A DNA stretch of 60,870 nucleotides, filler included, from an uncultured Clostridia bacterium (GTDB lineage: Bacteria > Aerophobota > Aerophobia > Aerophobales > B3-G15), in NCBI GenBank assembly GCA_964482715.1. It is 3 parts of 3 records of this genome, joined end to end, with 100 filler letters (N's around TTAATTAATTAA, not from the genome) between each part and the next. Parts side by side here need not be neighbours in the genome. Positions count along the whole stretch, not along the records: positions 1 to 23,010 come from CAYZYX010000031.1; 2 more parts are not named here. One strand, given 5' to 3'. Of the stretch, positions 9,759-19,636 are shown one piece after another. Positions within the stretch are counted from its first letter, which is position 1. Every line of letters starts with the position of its first letter. The notes beneath the pieces were generated by a model. That model was not told the origin of the DNA and did not search any database. It worked only from the letters and a program-made list of their open reading frames with translations. Both the position numbers and the translations under genes were made by a program.

Positions 9759-10780
9759 TAAGCCTTTTTTTTATAGTGGTGGTTTTTTTGCTTCTTATTA
9801 TTCCACATGAACTGGGACATTTTCTGGTAGCCAAGGCTTCCAGGATGAAAGTAGAAAAGTTCTCTATTGGATTTGGACCCAAGCTCTTGGGATTTAAGAG
9901 AAAAGAAACTGAGTATCAAATCTCCGCCTTCCCGCTTGGAGGTTATGTGAAAATATCGGGAATGGAACCGGGAACAAGAGATGTTGAGGATGGATTTTAC
10001 TCTAAACCGCTAAGTAAAAGATTTGCTGTTCTTTTCTCCGGATCGGCAATGAATTTTTTTGTCAGCATGATACTTTTCTCTTCAATATTTATGATGGGTT
10101 TTACCACGGTTGATCTAAAAAGCCCTGTGGTGGGTGAGATAATTCCCGGTTCACCTGCCGAGGGAGCGGGGATAAAACCCGGAGATAAAATTTTAACTGT
10201 CAATGGACACCAGATAAAAGAATGGAGTGAGATGGCCAGGTTCATCCAGTCTTCTGAAAAAGAGAAAATAACTTTGGTTGTCCTCAGAGAAGAAAAGAAG
10301 GTAACCTTTGAAATTAAACCGAGATATTATGAGGAATATCAGAGAAAATTAATTGGTATCTCTCCATCTACCAAATTTGTTCGATATGATCCTTTAACTT
10401 CAATTTACATGGGTGGTGAGAGAGTGGTTTTTTCTATTGTGCTTATATTTAAAAGTTTGGTGGGGATGATAACAGGACAGGTGCCGACTGAATTTGCCGG
10501 ACCTGTAGGAATCATGCAGTATGTAGGTGAGGCTACCAGGCTTGGAATAATTCCCTTTATATCTCTTGCTGCACTTTTGGGAGTTAATCTGGGTATTTTT
10601 AATCTTTTTCCTATACCCGCTCTGGATGGAGGAAGGATACTTTTTCTCCTTATAGAAATGATTCGAAAAAAGCCAGTAGAGATTGAACTTCAGGAATTTG
10701 CTCACTACATAGGATTTTTGATTTTAATTACATTGATGCTACTTGTTACCTACCAGGATATTCTAAGGTTAATGCGATGA
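9752..10780 (+). CDS. rseP: RIP metalloprotease RseP
   Basis: HELGH, FSIGFG, PLGGYV, PDZ domain, NLFPIPALDGG. Confidence 0.95.
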   Translation: MLISLFFIVVVFLLLIIPHELGHFLVAKASRMKVEKFSIGFGPKLLGFKRKETEYQISAFPLGGYVKISGMEPGTRDVEDGFYSKPLSKRFAVLFSGSAMNFFVSMILFSSIFMMGFTTVDLKSPVVGEIIPGSPAEGAGIKPGDKILTVNGHQIKEWSEMARFIQSSEKEKITLVVLREEKKVTFEIKPRYYEEYQRKLIGISPSTKFVRYDPLTSIYMGGERVVFSIVLIFKSLVGMITGQVPTEFAGPVGIMQYVGEATRLGIIPFISLAALLGVNLGIFNLFPIPALDGGRILFLLIEMIRKKPVEIELQEFAHYIGFLILITLMLLVTYQDILRLMR

Positions 10781-11859
10781 AAAAGCTACTTATGTCGGGT
10801 AATGAAGCTTTAGCTGAGGGGGCTATTAGAGCCGGCTGCCGTTGTTATTTTGGTTACCCTATAACTCCCCAATCGGAAATACCAGCTTATATGGCCAGAA
10901 GAATGGGAGAAGTAGGTGGTGTATTTATTCAGGCAGAGTCTGAAATTGCTGCCATAAACATGGTTTATGGAGCAGCCGCAGCAGGAGCAAGAGCCATGAC
11001 TTCCTCCTCAAGTCCGGGGATTAGTTTGAAGCAGGAGGGGATTTCCTATCTGGCTGGTGCTCAGCTACCCTGTTTGGTGGTCAATGTTATGCGAGGAGGA
11101 CCAGGGCTTGGAAATATTGCACCTTCCCAATCTGACTATTTTCAGGCTACAAAAGGAGGTGGACACGGAGATTACCATTTGATCGTTCTTGCGCCCTCTT
11201 CCGTTCAGGAAATGGCCGATTTTCCTTTTCTTGCCTTTGACCTTGCTGATGAATATCGAAATCCGGTGATGATTTTGACCGATGCCATTCTGGGTCAGAT
11301 GATGGAAGGAGTGGTATTAAAAAAAGAAAAGAGTTTTTTCCCTGCCAAACCCTGGGCAGTTACTGGAGCCAGAGCCAGAGCCCCTAATATTATAAGGTCT
11401 CTTTTTTTGAAAGAGGGTGTTCTCGAGGAACACAACAGGGTTCTTCAGGAAAAATATCGGAGAATAAAAGAAAAAGAGGTAAGATACCAAAGGGTGGGAC
11501 ACTCACACCCGGAACTGCTACTGGTGGCCTATGGTAGTATGGCCAGAGTGTGTGGTTTTGTTTTAGAATGGCTTTTAAAGAAAGGTATTGCAGCGAGTCT
11601 TATTCGTCCCATTACTCTTTGGCCTTTTCCCTATAATGTGATAGAAAATGTTTCAAGAAATACCAGACTGGTATTTGTTGTAGAGATGAGTGAGGGTCAA
11701 ATGGTGGAAGATGTAAAGCTTGCTGTAAAGGACAGATGCCCGGTTTATTTTTTTGGTAGAATGGGTGGTGGAGTTCCTGACCCGGAGGAAGTTTTAGAAA
11801 AAGTTGAAGGAGCGTATAGAGTTGAAAATCCAAGGAAAAGTTATAAAATATGGGGATGA
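10777..11859 (+). CDS. vorB: 2-oxoacid:ferredoxin oxidoreductase alpha-type subunit (VorB family)
   Basis: GNEALAEGA, GYPITPQSE, QAESEIAA, TSSSSPGISL, RGGPGLG, KGGGHGD, VEMSEGQ. Confidence 0.85.
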   Translation: MKKLLMSGNEALAEGAIRAGCRCYFGYPITPQSEIPAYMARRMGEVGGVFIQAESEIAAINMVYGAAAAGARAMTSSSSPGISLKQEGISYLAGAQLPCLVVNVMRGGPGLGNIAPSQSDYFQATKGGGHGDYHLIVLAPSSVQEMADFPFLAFDLADEYRNPVMILTDAILGQMMEGVVLKKEKSFFPAKPWAVTGARARAPNIIRSLFLKEGVLEEHNRVLQEKYRRIKEKEVRYQRVGHSHPELLLVAYGSMARVCGFVLEWLLKKGIAASLIRPITLWPFPYNVIENVSRNTRLVFVVEMSEGQMVEDVKLAVKDRCPVYFFGRMGGGVPDPEEVLEKVEGAYRVENPRKSYKIWG

Positions 11860-12334
11860 TATAAACACTGATGAGATAATTCCGGCAGGTTATCTGGTAA
11901 CTACTGAACCAGAGGAACTTGCGAAACACTGCATGGAAGGAAGAGACAGGGATTTTCTTCAGAAAGTTAAGAGTGCACCAATATTGGTAGCGGGGAAAAA
12001 TTTTGGTTGTGGTTCTTCCAGAGAACACGCTCCTATTGCGCTAAAGGCAACAGGTGTGAAGTGTATAGTTGCCTCATCTTTTGCAAGGATTTTCTTTCGT
12101 AACGCTATCAACATTGGTTTGCCCATCTGTGAATGTAAAAAGTGTGTGGATGAGTGTAGAGAGGGGGATCTGTTTAAAATAGATATGGAAGAGGGGAAAA
12201 TTGAAAATATGACTCAGAGTAAAATCTATAAGATCAATCCCTATCCCGGATTTTTACAACGGCTTATAAAAGAAGGTGGTATTGAGGGATGGGTTAGACA
12301 AAGGCTGAAAGGAAAGGAAGAGAAACGGGGTTAG
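11822..12334 (+). CDS. leuD: 3-isopropylmalate dehydratase small subunit (LeuD/HacB type)
   Basis: [38 protein letters not shown]; start moved to the in-frame TTG at 11822, which follows an AAGGAG SD. Confidence 0.9.
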   Translation: MKIQGKVIKYGDDINTDEIIPAGYLVTTEPEELAKHCMEGRDRDFLQKVKSAPILVAGKNFGCGSSREHAPIALKATGVKCIVASSFARIFFRNAINIGLPICECKKCVDECREGDLFKIDMEEGKIENMTQSKIYKINPYPGFLQRLIKEGGIEGWVRQRLKGKEEKRG

Positions 12335-12336
12335 AG

Positions 12337-13890
12337 ATGCAGATAAAAATTTATGATACAACTTTGAGAGACGGAGTTCAGGCGGCCGGGGTTTCCTTTT
12401 CCTTGATGGATAAATTACAGATTGCCAGGGAACTGGATAAACTCGGTTTTCACTATATTGAAGGTGGCTGGCCAGGTTCAAATCCCAAAGATATGGAATT
12501 TTTTAAAAAAGTAAAAAATTATTCTTTTAAGAACGCTAAGATAGCTGCTTTTGGTAGTACCAGAAGGAAAAATACTCCTGTAGCGAAAGATCAAAATATT
12601 ATTGCTCTCCTGGAAGCAGAAACTCCTGTCGTAACAATAGTTGGCAAAAGCTGGATTTTACATGTAAAAAAGGCACTTTGCACCGACGAGGATGAGAATC
12701 TCCGGATGATTGAGGATTCTATAGATTTTTTAAAAAAAAGAGAAAAAGAAGTAATATTTGATGCTGAACATTTTTTCGACGGGTACAAAGAAGACCCTGT
12801 TTACGCTCTCAAGACTCTTGAAGTTGCCAGAAATGCGGGAGCTGACTGTCTCGTTTTGTGTGATTCCAATGGCGGTTCCATGCCCCACGAAATTGATCAG
12901 ATAGTCAGGATTATAAAAGATAAAATTGATCATCCTCTGGGCATTCATGCTCATAATGATAGTGGAGTCGCCGTGGCCAATACCGTAGTTGCATCCCGTA
13001 TAGGTGTTGAGCATGTTCAGGGAACGATAAATGGTTATGGCGAAAGATGTGGAAATGCCGATCTTTGTGTGGTTATTCCCAATTTGAAATTCAAGTTGGG
13101 TATTAGTTGTATACCCGAGGATGGAATAAAGTCTTTGACTCGTCTTTCTCGCCTGGTATATGAACTTGCTAACTTGACCCCCTGTGAGCATCAACCCTAT
13201 GTTGGTCGATCAGCTTTTGCTCATAAAGGGGGGATTCATGCCAGTGCTATTTCTCGAGATCGAAGAACTTATGAACATATAGACCCCCAGCTGATTGGTA
13301 ATGAGAGAAGGGTTATCGTTAGTGAACTTGCAGGGAGAAGCTCTGTAATTTACAAGCTGAAAGAAAGAGGAATTGGGGTGAAAAATCCTCAAAGTCTTTC
13401 TCAAAAACTGGTTTCTCAAATCAAGAAGCTGGAAAATGAAGGTTACGAGTTTGAAGCAGCTGATGGTTCTTTTGAACTGCTGGTAAAAAAAGCTACCGGA
13501 GACTACAAGAAATTTTTTGATCTGGAAGGCTTTCGGGTAATTGTGGAAAAAAGAGATGACGGAAAGTTAATCTCTGAAGCAACTGTAAAGGTAAAAGTCA
13601 AAGGAAAACTTGTCCACACGGTAGCAGAGGGAAATGGCCCAGTGCATGCTCTTGATATGGCTCTGAGGAAAGCTCTGGAGATTGATTTTCCGGAACTTTC
13701 CAGGATGCATCTTTCAGATTACAAGGTTAGAATACTTGATACAGGAGCAGGAACTGGAGCTAAAACCAGAGTATTAATAGAGTCAGCCGATAGAGAAGAT
13801 AGATGGGGGACAGTTGGAGTTTCCCCCAATATAATTGAGGCAAGTTGTCGAGCTCTTCTTGATGCGGTAGAGTATAAACTAAACAAATAA
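12337..13890 (+). CDS. cimA: Citramalate synthase (LeuA/CimA family)
   Basis: [50 protein letters not shown]-terminal regulatory domain. Confidence 0.9.
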   Translation: MQIKIYDTTLRDGVQAAGVSFSLMDKLQIARELDKLGFHYIEGGWPGSNPKDMEFFKKVKNYSFKNAKIAAFGSTRRKNTPVAKDQNIIALLEAETPVVTIVGKSWILHVKKALCTDEDENLRMIEDSIDFLKKREKEVIFDAEHFFDGYKEDPVYALKTLEVARNAGADCLVLCDSNGGSMPHEIDQIVRIIKDKIDHPLGIHAHNDSGVAVANTVVASRIGVEHVQGTINGYGERCGNADLCVVIPNLKFKLGISCIPEDGIKSLTRLSRLVYELANLTPCEHQPYVGRSAFAHKGGIHASAISRDRRTYEHIDPQLIGNERRVIVSELAGRSSVIYKLKERGIGVKNPQSLSQKLVSQIKKLENEGYEFEAADGSFELLVKKATGDYKKFFDLEGFRVIVEKRDDGKLISEATVKVKVKGKLVHTVAEGNGPVHALDMALRKALEIDFPELSRMHLSDYKVRILDTGAGTGAKTRVLIESADREDRWGTVGVSPNIIEASCRALLDAVEYKLNK

Positions 13891-13899
13891 TATTAACAT

Positions 13900-15348
13900 T
13901 TAACCTTTAATTACAGCAAGGGGTTTCATCTTGACTACCTTTTTGCTGAGACCCGCCTTTTGCACGATATTAACTACCTGATCAACATCTTTATAAGCTT
14001 CGGGCATTTCTTCAGCCACTGTGCCTTTGCCTTTAGCCATTATGAGAATCCCTTTTTTCTCAAGTTCCTTTTCCGGGGATCTACCTTTAGCTGCCTTTTT
14101 TGCAGCAGCTCTGGATAAAACTCTTCCTGCACCATGACAGGTACTTCCCCAGGTTTCCTGCATAGCTCTTTCAATTCCCACCATGACGTAAGAGTTTGTG
14201 CCCATATCTCCAGGAATTAATACGGGCTGACCTACTTCCCGATAAATGTCAGGCACATGTGGATGATGAGCTGGAAAAGCACGAGTTGCTCCCTTACGAT
14301 GGACAAATACAGGTTTCTTTTTTCCATTTACCAGATGTTCCTCAAATTTACCGATATTGTGACATACATCGTAAACAAGACCCATTCCCAGGTCACGGGG
14401 GGATAAATTAAGAACCTTTTGGAAGACCTCTCTGGTCCAGTGTGTTATAATTTGTCGGTTAGTCCAGGCAAAATTAGCGGCTGCAGCCATCGCAGCAAAA
14501 TAGTCTTTTCCTTCTGGAGAATTAAGAGGAGCGCAGGAAAGTTGTCGGTCAGGTAGAGAGATTCGGTATTTTTCTACCGCACGACGCATCAGGACAAGAT
14601 AATCATCACAAATCTGGTAGCCCAATCCCCTGGAACCAGAATGGATAATTACAACGATCTGGCCTCGAAAAAGACCAAATACGTTGGCAATTTGAGAATC
14701 AAAAACTTCCTCCACCAGATCGATTTCCAGGAAATGATTTCCTGAACCTAAAGTTCCCAGCTGATCATGTCCTCTTTTGTATGCGTGCTGACTCACCTTT
14801 TCAGGATTAGCTCCTTTCATAACCCCGTAATCCTCACATCTTTCCAGGTCTCCATCTTCACCGTAACCCCTCTTTATTGCCCATCTGGCTCCTTCTTTTA
14901 GAACCTGTTTTACATCAGAAATAGAAAGTTTTAATTTGGATGTAGAACCAACGCCACAGGGAATGTGGGTGAAAAGAGCAGCAAGAAGTTGTCTTAACTT
15001 TGGTTTTACATCTTTTTCTTCCAGGTTAGTTCTTACAAGCCTCACTCCACAGTTTATGTCATATCCAATTCCACCCGGAGAGATCACCCCGTCTTTGTCT
15101 GGATCAGTGGCGGCCACTCCACCAATAGGAAAACCATACCCCCAGTGCATATCAGGCATAGCCAGAGAATACTTGATGATACCCGGAAGGTGAGCGACAT
15201 TTTTAACCTGAAGGGGTGTGTTATCCTTCTTAACTATATTTAACATCTTTTCATCAGTGTAGAGCCTGCCAGGAACCCGCATTCCACCGGATTTGGGTAT
15301 CTCCCATCGGTAATCATCTATTTTCTTTATTGTATATTGATTACTCAT
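13900..15348 (-). CDS. rtcB: RNA 2',3'-cyclic phosphate/5'-OH ligase RtcB (archaeal/eukaryote-like long form)
   Basis: MPDMHWGYGFPIG, GYDINCG, GSGNHFLE, HSGSRG, HN, HRKGATRA, PGDMG, HGAGR, AYKDV. Confidence 0.95.
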   Translation of the reverse strand: MSNQYTIKKIDDYRWEIPKSGGMRVPGRLYTDEKMLNIVKKDNTPLQVKNVAHLPGIIKYSLAMPDMHWGYGFPIGGVAATDPDKDGVISPGGIGYDINCGVRLVRTNLEEKDVKPKLRQLLAALFTHIPCGVGSTSKLKLSISDVKQVLKEGARWAIKRGYGEDGDLERCEDYGVMKGANPEKVSQHAYKRGHDQLGTLGSGNHFLEIDLVEEVFDSQIANVFGLFRGQIVVIIHSGSRGLGYQICDDYLVLMRRAVEKYRISLPDRQLSCAPLNSPEGKDYFAAMAAAANFAWTNRQIITHWTREVFQKVLNLSPRDLGMGLVYDVCHNIGKFEEHLVNGKKKPVFVHRKGATRAFPAHHPHVPDIYREVGQPVLIPGDMGTNSYVMVGIERAMQETWGSTCHGAGRVLSRAAAKKAAKGRSPEKELEKKGILIMAKGKGTVAEEMPEAYKDVDQVVNIVQKAGLSKKVVKMKPLAVIKG

Positions 15349-15360
15349 ATGTACCTCCCC

Positions 15361-15783
15361 TTAAATGTCAAAGATTACCTGAACTTCCCAGAGATTTCCT
15401 GATTTCCGGATTTTAAGCCCGTGGTAAGTTACCGCCTTTAATTCAGTTTTCAGGTTTTGCTTTACAGGATCTACTTTTTCACCTTTCACTTCAGCTTCCA
15501 GTCCTGATTGATCTAATTTTTGTATGTTAAATTCATTAAAAGCCAGATTCTCGCTGTAAAATTTGAGTAAAAGTTCTCTTAGCCAGTCAATAAAGATATC
15601 TTCCATTTGGCCACCGGCAATTTTTATTTTCAAAGTTTCCTCAGGTTTAACCTTATCAATCTCCAGAAGCAGATCAAACATGGCATATGCGGCGTTTGAA
15701 AAAAGTTTCGGAAGATTTTCACCTTTCACCCTTATGCCTAAATCAGCTGTATGGTCGATAAATTCATAAATTTTCTTTGTCAT
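15361..15783 (-). CDS. Archease
   Basis: DHTADLGI, KAVTYHGL and C-terminal VIFDI; directly upstream of rtcB. Confidence 0.93.
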   Translation of the reverse strand: MTKKIYEFIDHTADLGIRVKGENLPKLFSNAAYAMFDLLLEIDKVKPEETLKIKIAGGQMEDIFIDWLRELLLKFYSENLAFNEFNIQKLDQSGLEAEVKGEKVDPVKQNLKTELKAVTYHGLKIRKSGNLWEVQVIFDI

Positions 15784-15793
15784 CGCATAAGAT

Positions 15794-15821
15794 ATAATAA
15801 TACGCCCCCTGTCAAAGTCAA
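15794..15821 (-). promoter_or_regulatory. Putative sigma70 promoter of archease-rtcB (near-leaderless)
   Basis: Minus strand TTGACT-16 bp-TATTAT ending 10 nt before the ATG; no SD. Confidence 0.45.
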
Positions 15822-15878
15822 GGAAAACCCTTCTATATTTTTAGATTTCGGTTAGAAAACATTCTGATTATAGTTTTT

Positions 15879-15972
15879 AACTGGAGTTGGGACGTTTTTT
15901 AAAGTAAATGAAGCGTGAGATATCCGGGGTCCAGAAAAGAAAATACAGGCAAAAACTGTCCCAATGTCAGTT
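15879..15972. mobile_element. MITE-like element, short copy (94 bp) with imperfect 22-bp terminal inverted repeats
   Basis: Left end AACTGGAGTTGGGACGTTTTT, right end AAAAACTGTCCCAATGTCAGTT; 15903-15972 aligns with 48305-48376 (57/72 identities by manual alignment). Confidence 0.65.
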
Positions 15973-15981
15973 TTTCAAAAT

Positions 15982-16010
15982 TTGACAATTTTCTTGGGAC
16001 TTTGTATCAT
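15982..16010 (+). promoter_or_regulatory. Putative sigma70 promoter
   Basis: TTGACA-17 bp-TATCAT, then a GGAGG SD before ATG 16049. Confidence 0.65.
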
Positions 16011-16048
16011 GTTAAAGATTCTGGGTCTTTAAAATCGGGAGGAAAAAA

Positions 16049-16540
16049 ATGAACGAATTAAGATGCTTCCCGAAGAGGGTTAAAATTGAGGCTGTTTTCA
16101 GGGTTTGGGCGGGACAGAGTGTAAGTGAGATTGCCCGCACTTATGGCACCAGCAGACAGATAATTTACATGTGGAAGAAAAAAGCCGAATTAGCTGTTTC
16201 TCAGGCTATGGAAGAGAAAAGAAGAGGGCCCAAATCCCAAAAAAAGAAAGAACCAGAGACCTCTGTGAAAATAAAAGTTACTGATAGAGAAAGTTTACCA
16301 AAGACAAACAAAAATAAAAAGCGACGGATACCTTTTACAGGAGGTGAAAATTTCCAGCCTCTCGATAACAAAAGGCCTTCTCACTGTCCCGTCTGTGGGT
16401 GCCAAAAAATCTATAAAAACGGGACGTACCTTAAGAAAAACGGAACCAACAATCACAAAAAGAAAGAAGTTGTCCAGCGATACATATGCGTCTGGTGTAA
16501 AAGCCCGGTTTATCTGGAAAATGATAAGTCACCTCTATAA
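16049..16540 (+). CDS. HTH + C4 zinc-ribbon protein resembling transposase DNA-binding modules; no catalytic domain
   Basis: N-terminal GQSVSEIARTYGTSRQIIYMWKK; C-terminal CPVC..IYKNG..QRYICVWC (InsA-like ribbon); own promoter and SD. Confidence 0.65.
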   Translation: MNELRCFPKRVKIEAVFRVWAGQSVSEIARTYGTSRQIIYMWKKKAELAVSQAMEEKRRGPKSQKKKEPETSVKIKVTDRESLPKTNKNKKRRIPFTGGENFQPLDNKRPSHCPVCGCQKIYKNGTYLKKNGTNNHKKKEVVQRYICVWCKSPVYLENDKSPL

Positions 16541-16579
16541 AACCATCCATTGCCAAAGGCTGCGGTGAGCAATTTTATT

Positions 16580-16711
16580 CACACCATGGGTGAGTTTGTA
16601 AAGCCGGATGACCTAATAGGGGTTTGCATCTGGCTTGCCTCAGATACATTGAGATTCGTTACCGAAGCCATAATACCTGTAGATGATTGATTTAATGCTT
16701 TTCCGGGGGTT
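16580..16711 (+). pseudogene. C-terminal remnant of an SDR oxidoreductase (D-mannonate oxidoreductase/gluconate dehydrogenase-like)
   Basis: Reads HTMGEFVKPDDLIGVCIWLASDTLRFVTEAIIPVDD*FNAFPGV, matching the SDR tail pattern HTPMGRFG.PEELIG..LWLASD.S.FVTG..IPVDGGF.A.SGV; internal TGA at 16688; no N-terminus. Confidence 0.75.
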
Positions 16712-16718
16712 TTAGAGT

Positions 16719-18197
16719 TTGGAAGAGATCTTCCTGGGTGTGGATATTGGCACAGGTGGGGTAAGAGCAATTGCCTTTACACCGAATCTAAAAAAAATTG
16801 CTTTTTCCTACCGGGAACATAAAACAATCTCCACCAGAGAAGATCAAGCAGAACAGGATCCTGAAGAGATTTTTTCCAACCTTATTCTCTGTCTTAAGGA
16901 AGTATCCAGGCCTCACAGAAAAATAGCAGGAATTGGCTTTTCTTCCATGCTTCACTCCATAATGGGGGTAGACAAAAGAGGAAAGCCTGTGACTCCACTT
17001 TATCCCTTTTCAGACAATCAGGGAAAGTTAAAAGTTAAGAAAATAAAAGAGAAAGTTCCAGATTTTTATCAGAGAACCGGTTGCCCTCCACATCCCATGT
17101 ATCCAGCCTTCAAAATCCTATGGTTAAAGGAGGAAAGACCCGATGTTTTCCGCAAGATAGAAAAGTTTCTATCCATTAAAGGTTACATTTTATACAGATT
17201 AACCGGGTATTTAATTGAAGATGCCTGTGTAGCATCGGCAAGCGGTCTTTTTAATATACATACCTTATCCTGGGATGATGAAATCTTGAGTTTTCTCTAC
17301 CTCACCAGGAAAAATCTACCCACCCTAATAGAAGGATCAGAAAAAATCCATTTTAGTCATGTATCAGGTTTAGAATTTTTAAATCAGGTTCCCATCTATC
17401 CTGGTGCTGGTGATGGAATGCTTTCCCATCTTGCAACCTGTGGACTCAAGGAAGGGTATCTCTCTTCAACGGTTGGAACGAGTGGAGCTCTCCGCATAGC
17501 TACCCCCCGTCCTCTTCTGGATGAAAAGGGAAGAGTATGGTGTTATTATTTTCATAAGAACTGGTGGGTAGGTGGTGGAGCTCTTCATAATGGAGGTCTT
17601 ACCCTTCGCTGGTTCAGAGATAAACTCTGCAGGGAAGAAGCAGAAGAGGCTAAAAGAAAAGGAATGGACATTTATGAGATTTTTGATAAGAAGGCACAAA
17701 ACGCTCCTCCAGGAGCAAGAGATCTTATTTTTCTTCCCTTTTTAGCCGGAGAAAGATCACCGAATTGGAATCCTAAAATGAGAGCCTGTTTTATAGGACT
17801 TGGGCTTCATCATGGAAAAGAAGAGATGATTCGTAGCATCATGGAAGGTGTAATGTGCCGGATGAGGGCTATTATGGAACTTTTGCGTCCCAGCCTGCCT
17901 GAAAAATTAAAAATAAGGGCCAGCGGGGGCTACACCAGAAGTAAACTCTGGTTAGAGATACAGGCAAATCTTTTTAATCTTCCCATTGAGGTCCCCTCTG
18001 AGACGGAGGCTGCCAGTCTCGGTGCAGTTATGTTGGCCATGTTTGCTCAAGGAAAATTAACTGATCTTGTAAATTTTGAACCTCAGATAAAGGAAAAAAT
18101 ATTTCCAGAGGAAGATAAGACAAAAAAGTATCATCAAATCTATCAGAGACACGTTAATCTTTATAGACTTCTGGAAGGGTATTTTACCAATTTATGA
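16719..18197 (+). CDS. gntK: Gluconokinase (FGGY family)
   Basis: GVDIGTG, SSMLHS, TGCPPHPMYP, ASASGLFN, GTSGALR, PFLAGERSP; directly upstream of gnd. Confidence 0.85.
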   Translation: MEEIFLGVDIGTGGVRAIAFTPNLKKIAFSYREHKTISTREDQAEQDPEEIFSNLILCLKEVSRPHRKIAGIGFSSMLHSIMGVDKRGKPVTPLYPFSDNQGKLKVKKIKEKVPDFYQRTGCPPHPMYPAFKILWLKEERPDVFRKIEKFLSIKGYILYRLTGYLIEDACVASASGLFNIHTLSWDDEILSFLYLTRKNLPTLIEGSEKIHFSHVSGLEFLNQVPIYPGAGDGMLSHLATCGLKEGYLSSTVGTSGALRIATPRPLLDEKGRVWCYYFHKNWWVGGGALHNGGLTLRWFRDKLCREEAEEAKRKGMDIYEIFDKKAQNAPPGARDLIFLPFLAGERSPNWNPKMRACFIGLGLHHGKEEMIRSIMEGVMCRMRAIMELLRPSLPEKLKIRASGGYTRSKLWLEIQANLFNLPIEVPSETEAASLGAVMLAMFAQGKLTDLVNFEPQIKEKIFPEEDKTKKYHQIYQRHVNLYRLLEGYFTNL

Positions 18198-18213
18198 GCA
18201 AGGAGAAAGATAA

Positions 18214-19635
18214 ATGCCGAAAAAAGATATCGGTATAATAGGAATGGCTGTTATGGGAAGAAATTTGGCTTTAAATATAGAAGATAAAGGGTTCTCTGTA
18301 GCCGTGTATAATCGGACAAAATCAAAGACAGAAGAATTTGTCAGAGAAAAAGCTTCAGGAAAAAATATTACTGCCACCTATTCTCTTGAGGATTTTGTTA
18401 ATTCTCTGCGAAGACCTCGCAGAATTTTGCTCATGGTTAAGGCAGGTGCACCTGTAGAGGGTCTTCTGGAAAGAATTTTTCCTCTTCTGGGAAAAGGGGA
18501 CATAATAATGGATGGTGGAAATTCTCATTTCCAAGATACAGAAAGACGATGCCAGGAAGCAGAGAAAAGAGGTTTTTTATATCTTGGTGTTGGAATTTCT
18601 GGTGGTGAATATGGAGCTCTCCATGGTCCTTGTATAATGCCAGGAGGGAGTAAAGAAGCTTACAGACAGGTGGAGGAAATTTTCATCAGAATCTGTGCTC
18701 AAACAGAAGATGGTGCCTGTTGCACCTATCTTGGTCCTGGCTCGGCAGGTCATTACGTAAAAATGGTGCATAATGGAATTGAATACGCAATAATGCAGAT
18801 TATTGCCGAATGTTACCATATAATGAGAGAAGGACTTAATATGGAAATAGAAAAAATAAAAGATGTATTTGAAAAGTGGAATTTGACCGAACTTAACTCT
18901 TATTTGATTCAGATAACAGCAGAGATTCTGGATAAAAAAGATCAGTTTACCGGAAAAGCTCTAATTGATGTTATACTGGATAAAGCAGAACAAAAGGGAA
19001 CCGGTAGATGGGCCGTTCAGTCCGCTCTTGATCTTGGAGTTCCTGTACCGGCAATTTTTGCAGCAGTAGATGCCAGGATTATTTCCAGTTTTAAATCCTG
19101 GAGGATGCTTCTGGCTGAAAAGTTTAAAAATGAGAGAAAAGAGAAAATAACTCGAGATAAGGAAAGTTTCCTGTCCAGATTGTGGGAAGCATGCTACATG
19201 GGAATGCTTATTTCTTATACACAAGGAATGTACCTTTTGAGGGTTGCCTCCAGGAAATACAGCTATGGACTCGATTTAAGTGAGATAGCAAGAATCTGGA
19301 AAGGGGGATGCATCATACGTGCCAGACTCCTCGATTTGATAAAAAGTATTTATCAAACCCATCCCGATCTTCCCAATCTTCTTTTATCAGAGAAGCTTGA
19401 GGAGCAATTTAAAAGATTTATACCCTCTTTGCGGGAAGTAATAATTGAGGCGAAAAAGCGTAGAATCCCTCTTCCGGTTATGGAGAGCTGTCTTAACTAT
19501 TACGAGAGTTTTAAAACACCATATCTTCCGGCTAATTTAATTCAGGCACAAAGAGATTTTTTTGGTGCTCACACCTATAAGAGGGTGGACAAAGAAGGAG
19601 ATTTTCATACCGTCTGGCAGGAGGAAGAAGTTTAA
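18214..19635 (+). CDS. gnd: NADP-dependent 6-phosphogluconate dehydrogenase
   Basis: GMAVMGRNL, YNRT, DGGNS, SGGEYGA, KMVHNGIEY, QKGTG, QAQRDFFGAHTY. Confidence 0.97.
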   Translation: MPKKDIGIIGMAVMGRNLALNIEDKGFSVAVYNRTKSKTEEFVREKASGKNITATYSLEDFVNSLRRPRRILLMVKAGAPVEGLLERIFPLLGKGDIIMDGGNSHFQDTERRCQEAEKRGFLYLGVGISGGEYGALHGPCIMPGGSKEAYRQVEEIFIRICAQTEDGACCTYLGPGSAGHYVKMVHNGIEYAIMQIIAECYHIMREGLNMEIEKIKDVFEKWNLTELNSYLIQITAEILDKKDQFTGKALIDVILDKAEQKGTGRWAVQSALDLGVPVPAIFAAVDARIISSFKSWRMLLAEKFKNERKEKITRDKESFLSRLWEACYMGMLISYTQGMYLLRVASRKYSYGLDLSEIARIWKGGCIIRARLLDLIKSIYQTHPDLPNLLLSEKLEEQFKRFIPSLREVIIEAKKRRIPLPVMESCLNYYESFKTPYLPANLIQAQRDFFGAHTYKRVDKEGDFHTVWQEEEV

Positions 19636-19636
19636 G

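Noticed and set aside
15879..15972. AAC...GTT-bounded palindromes as integron attC sites
   Set aside because: The ends do not fit RYYYAAC/GTTRRRY, and there is no integrase or cassette array
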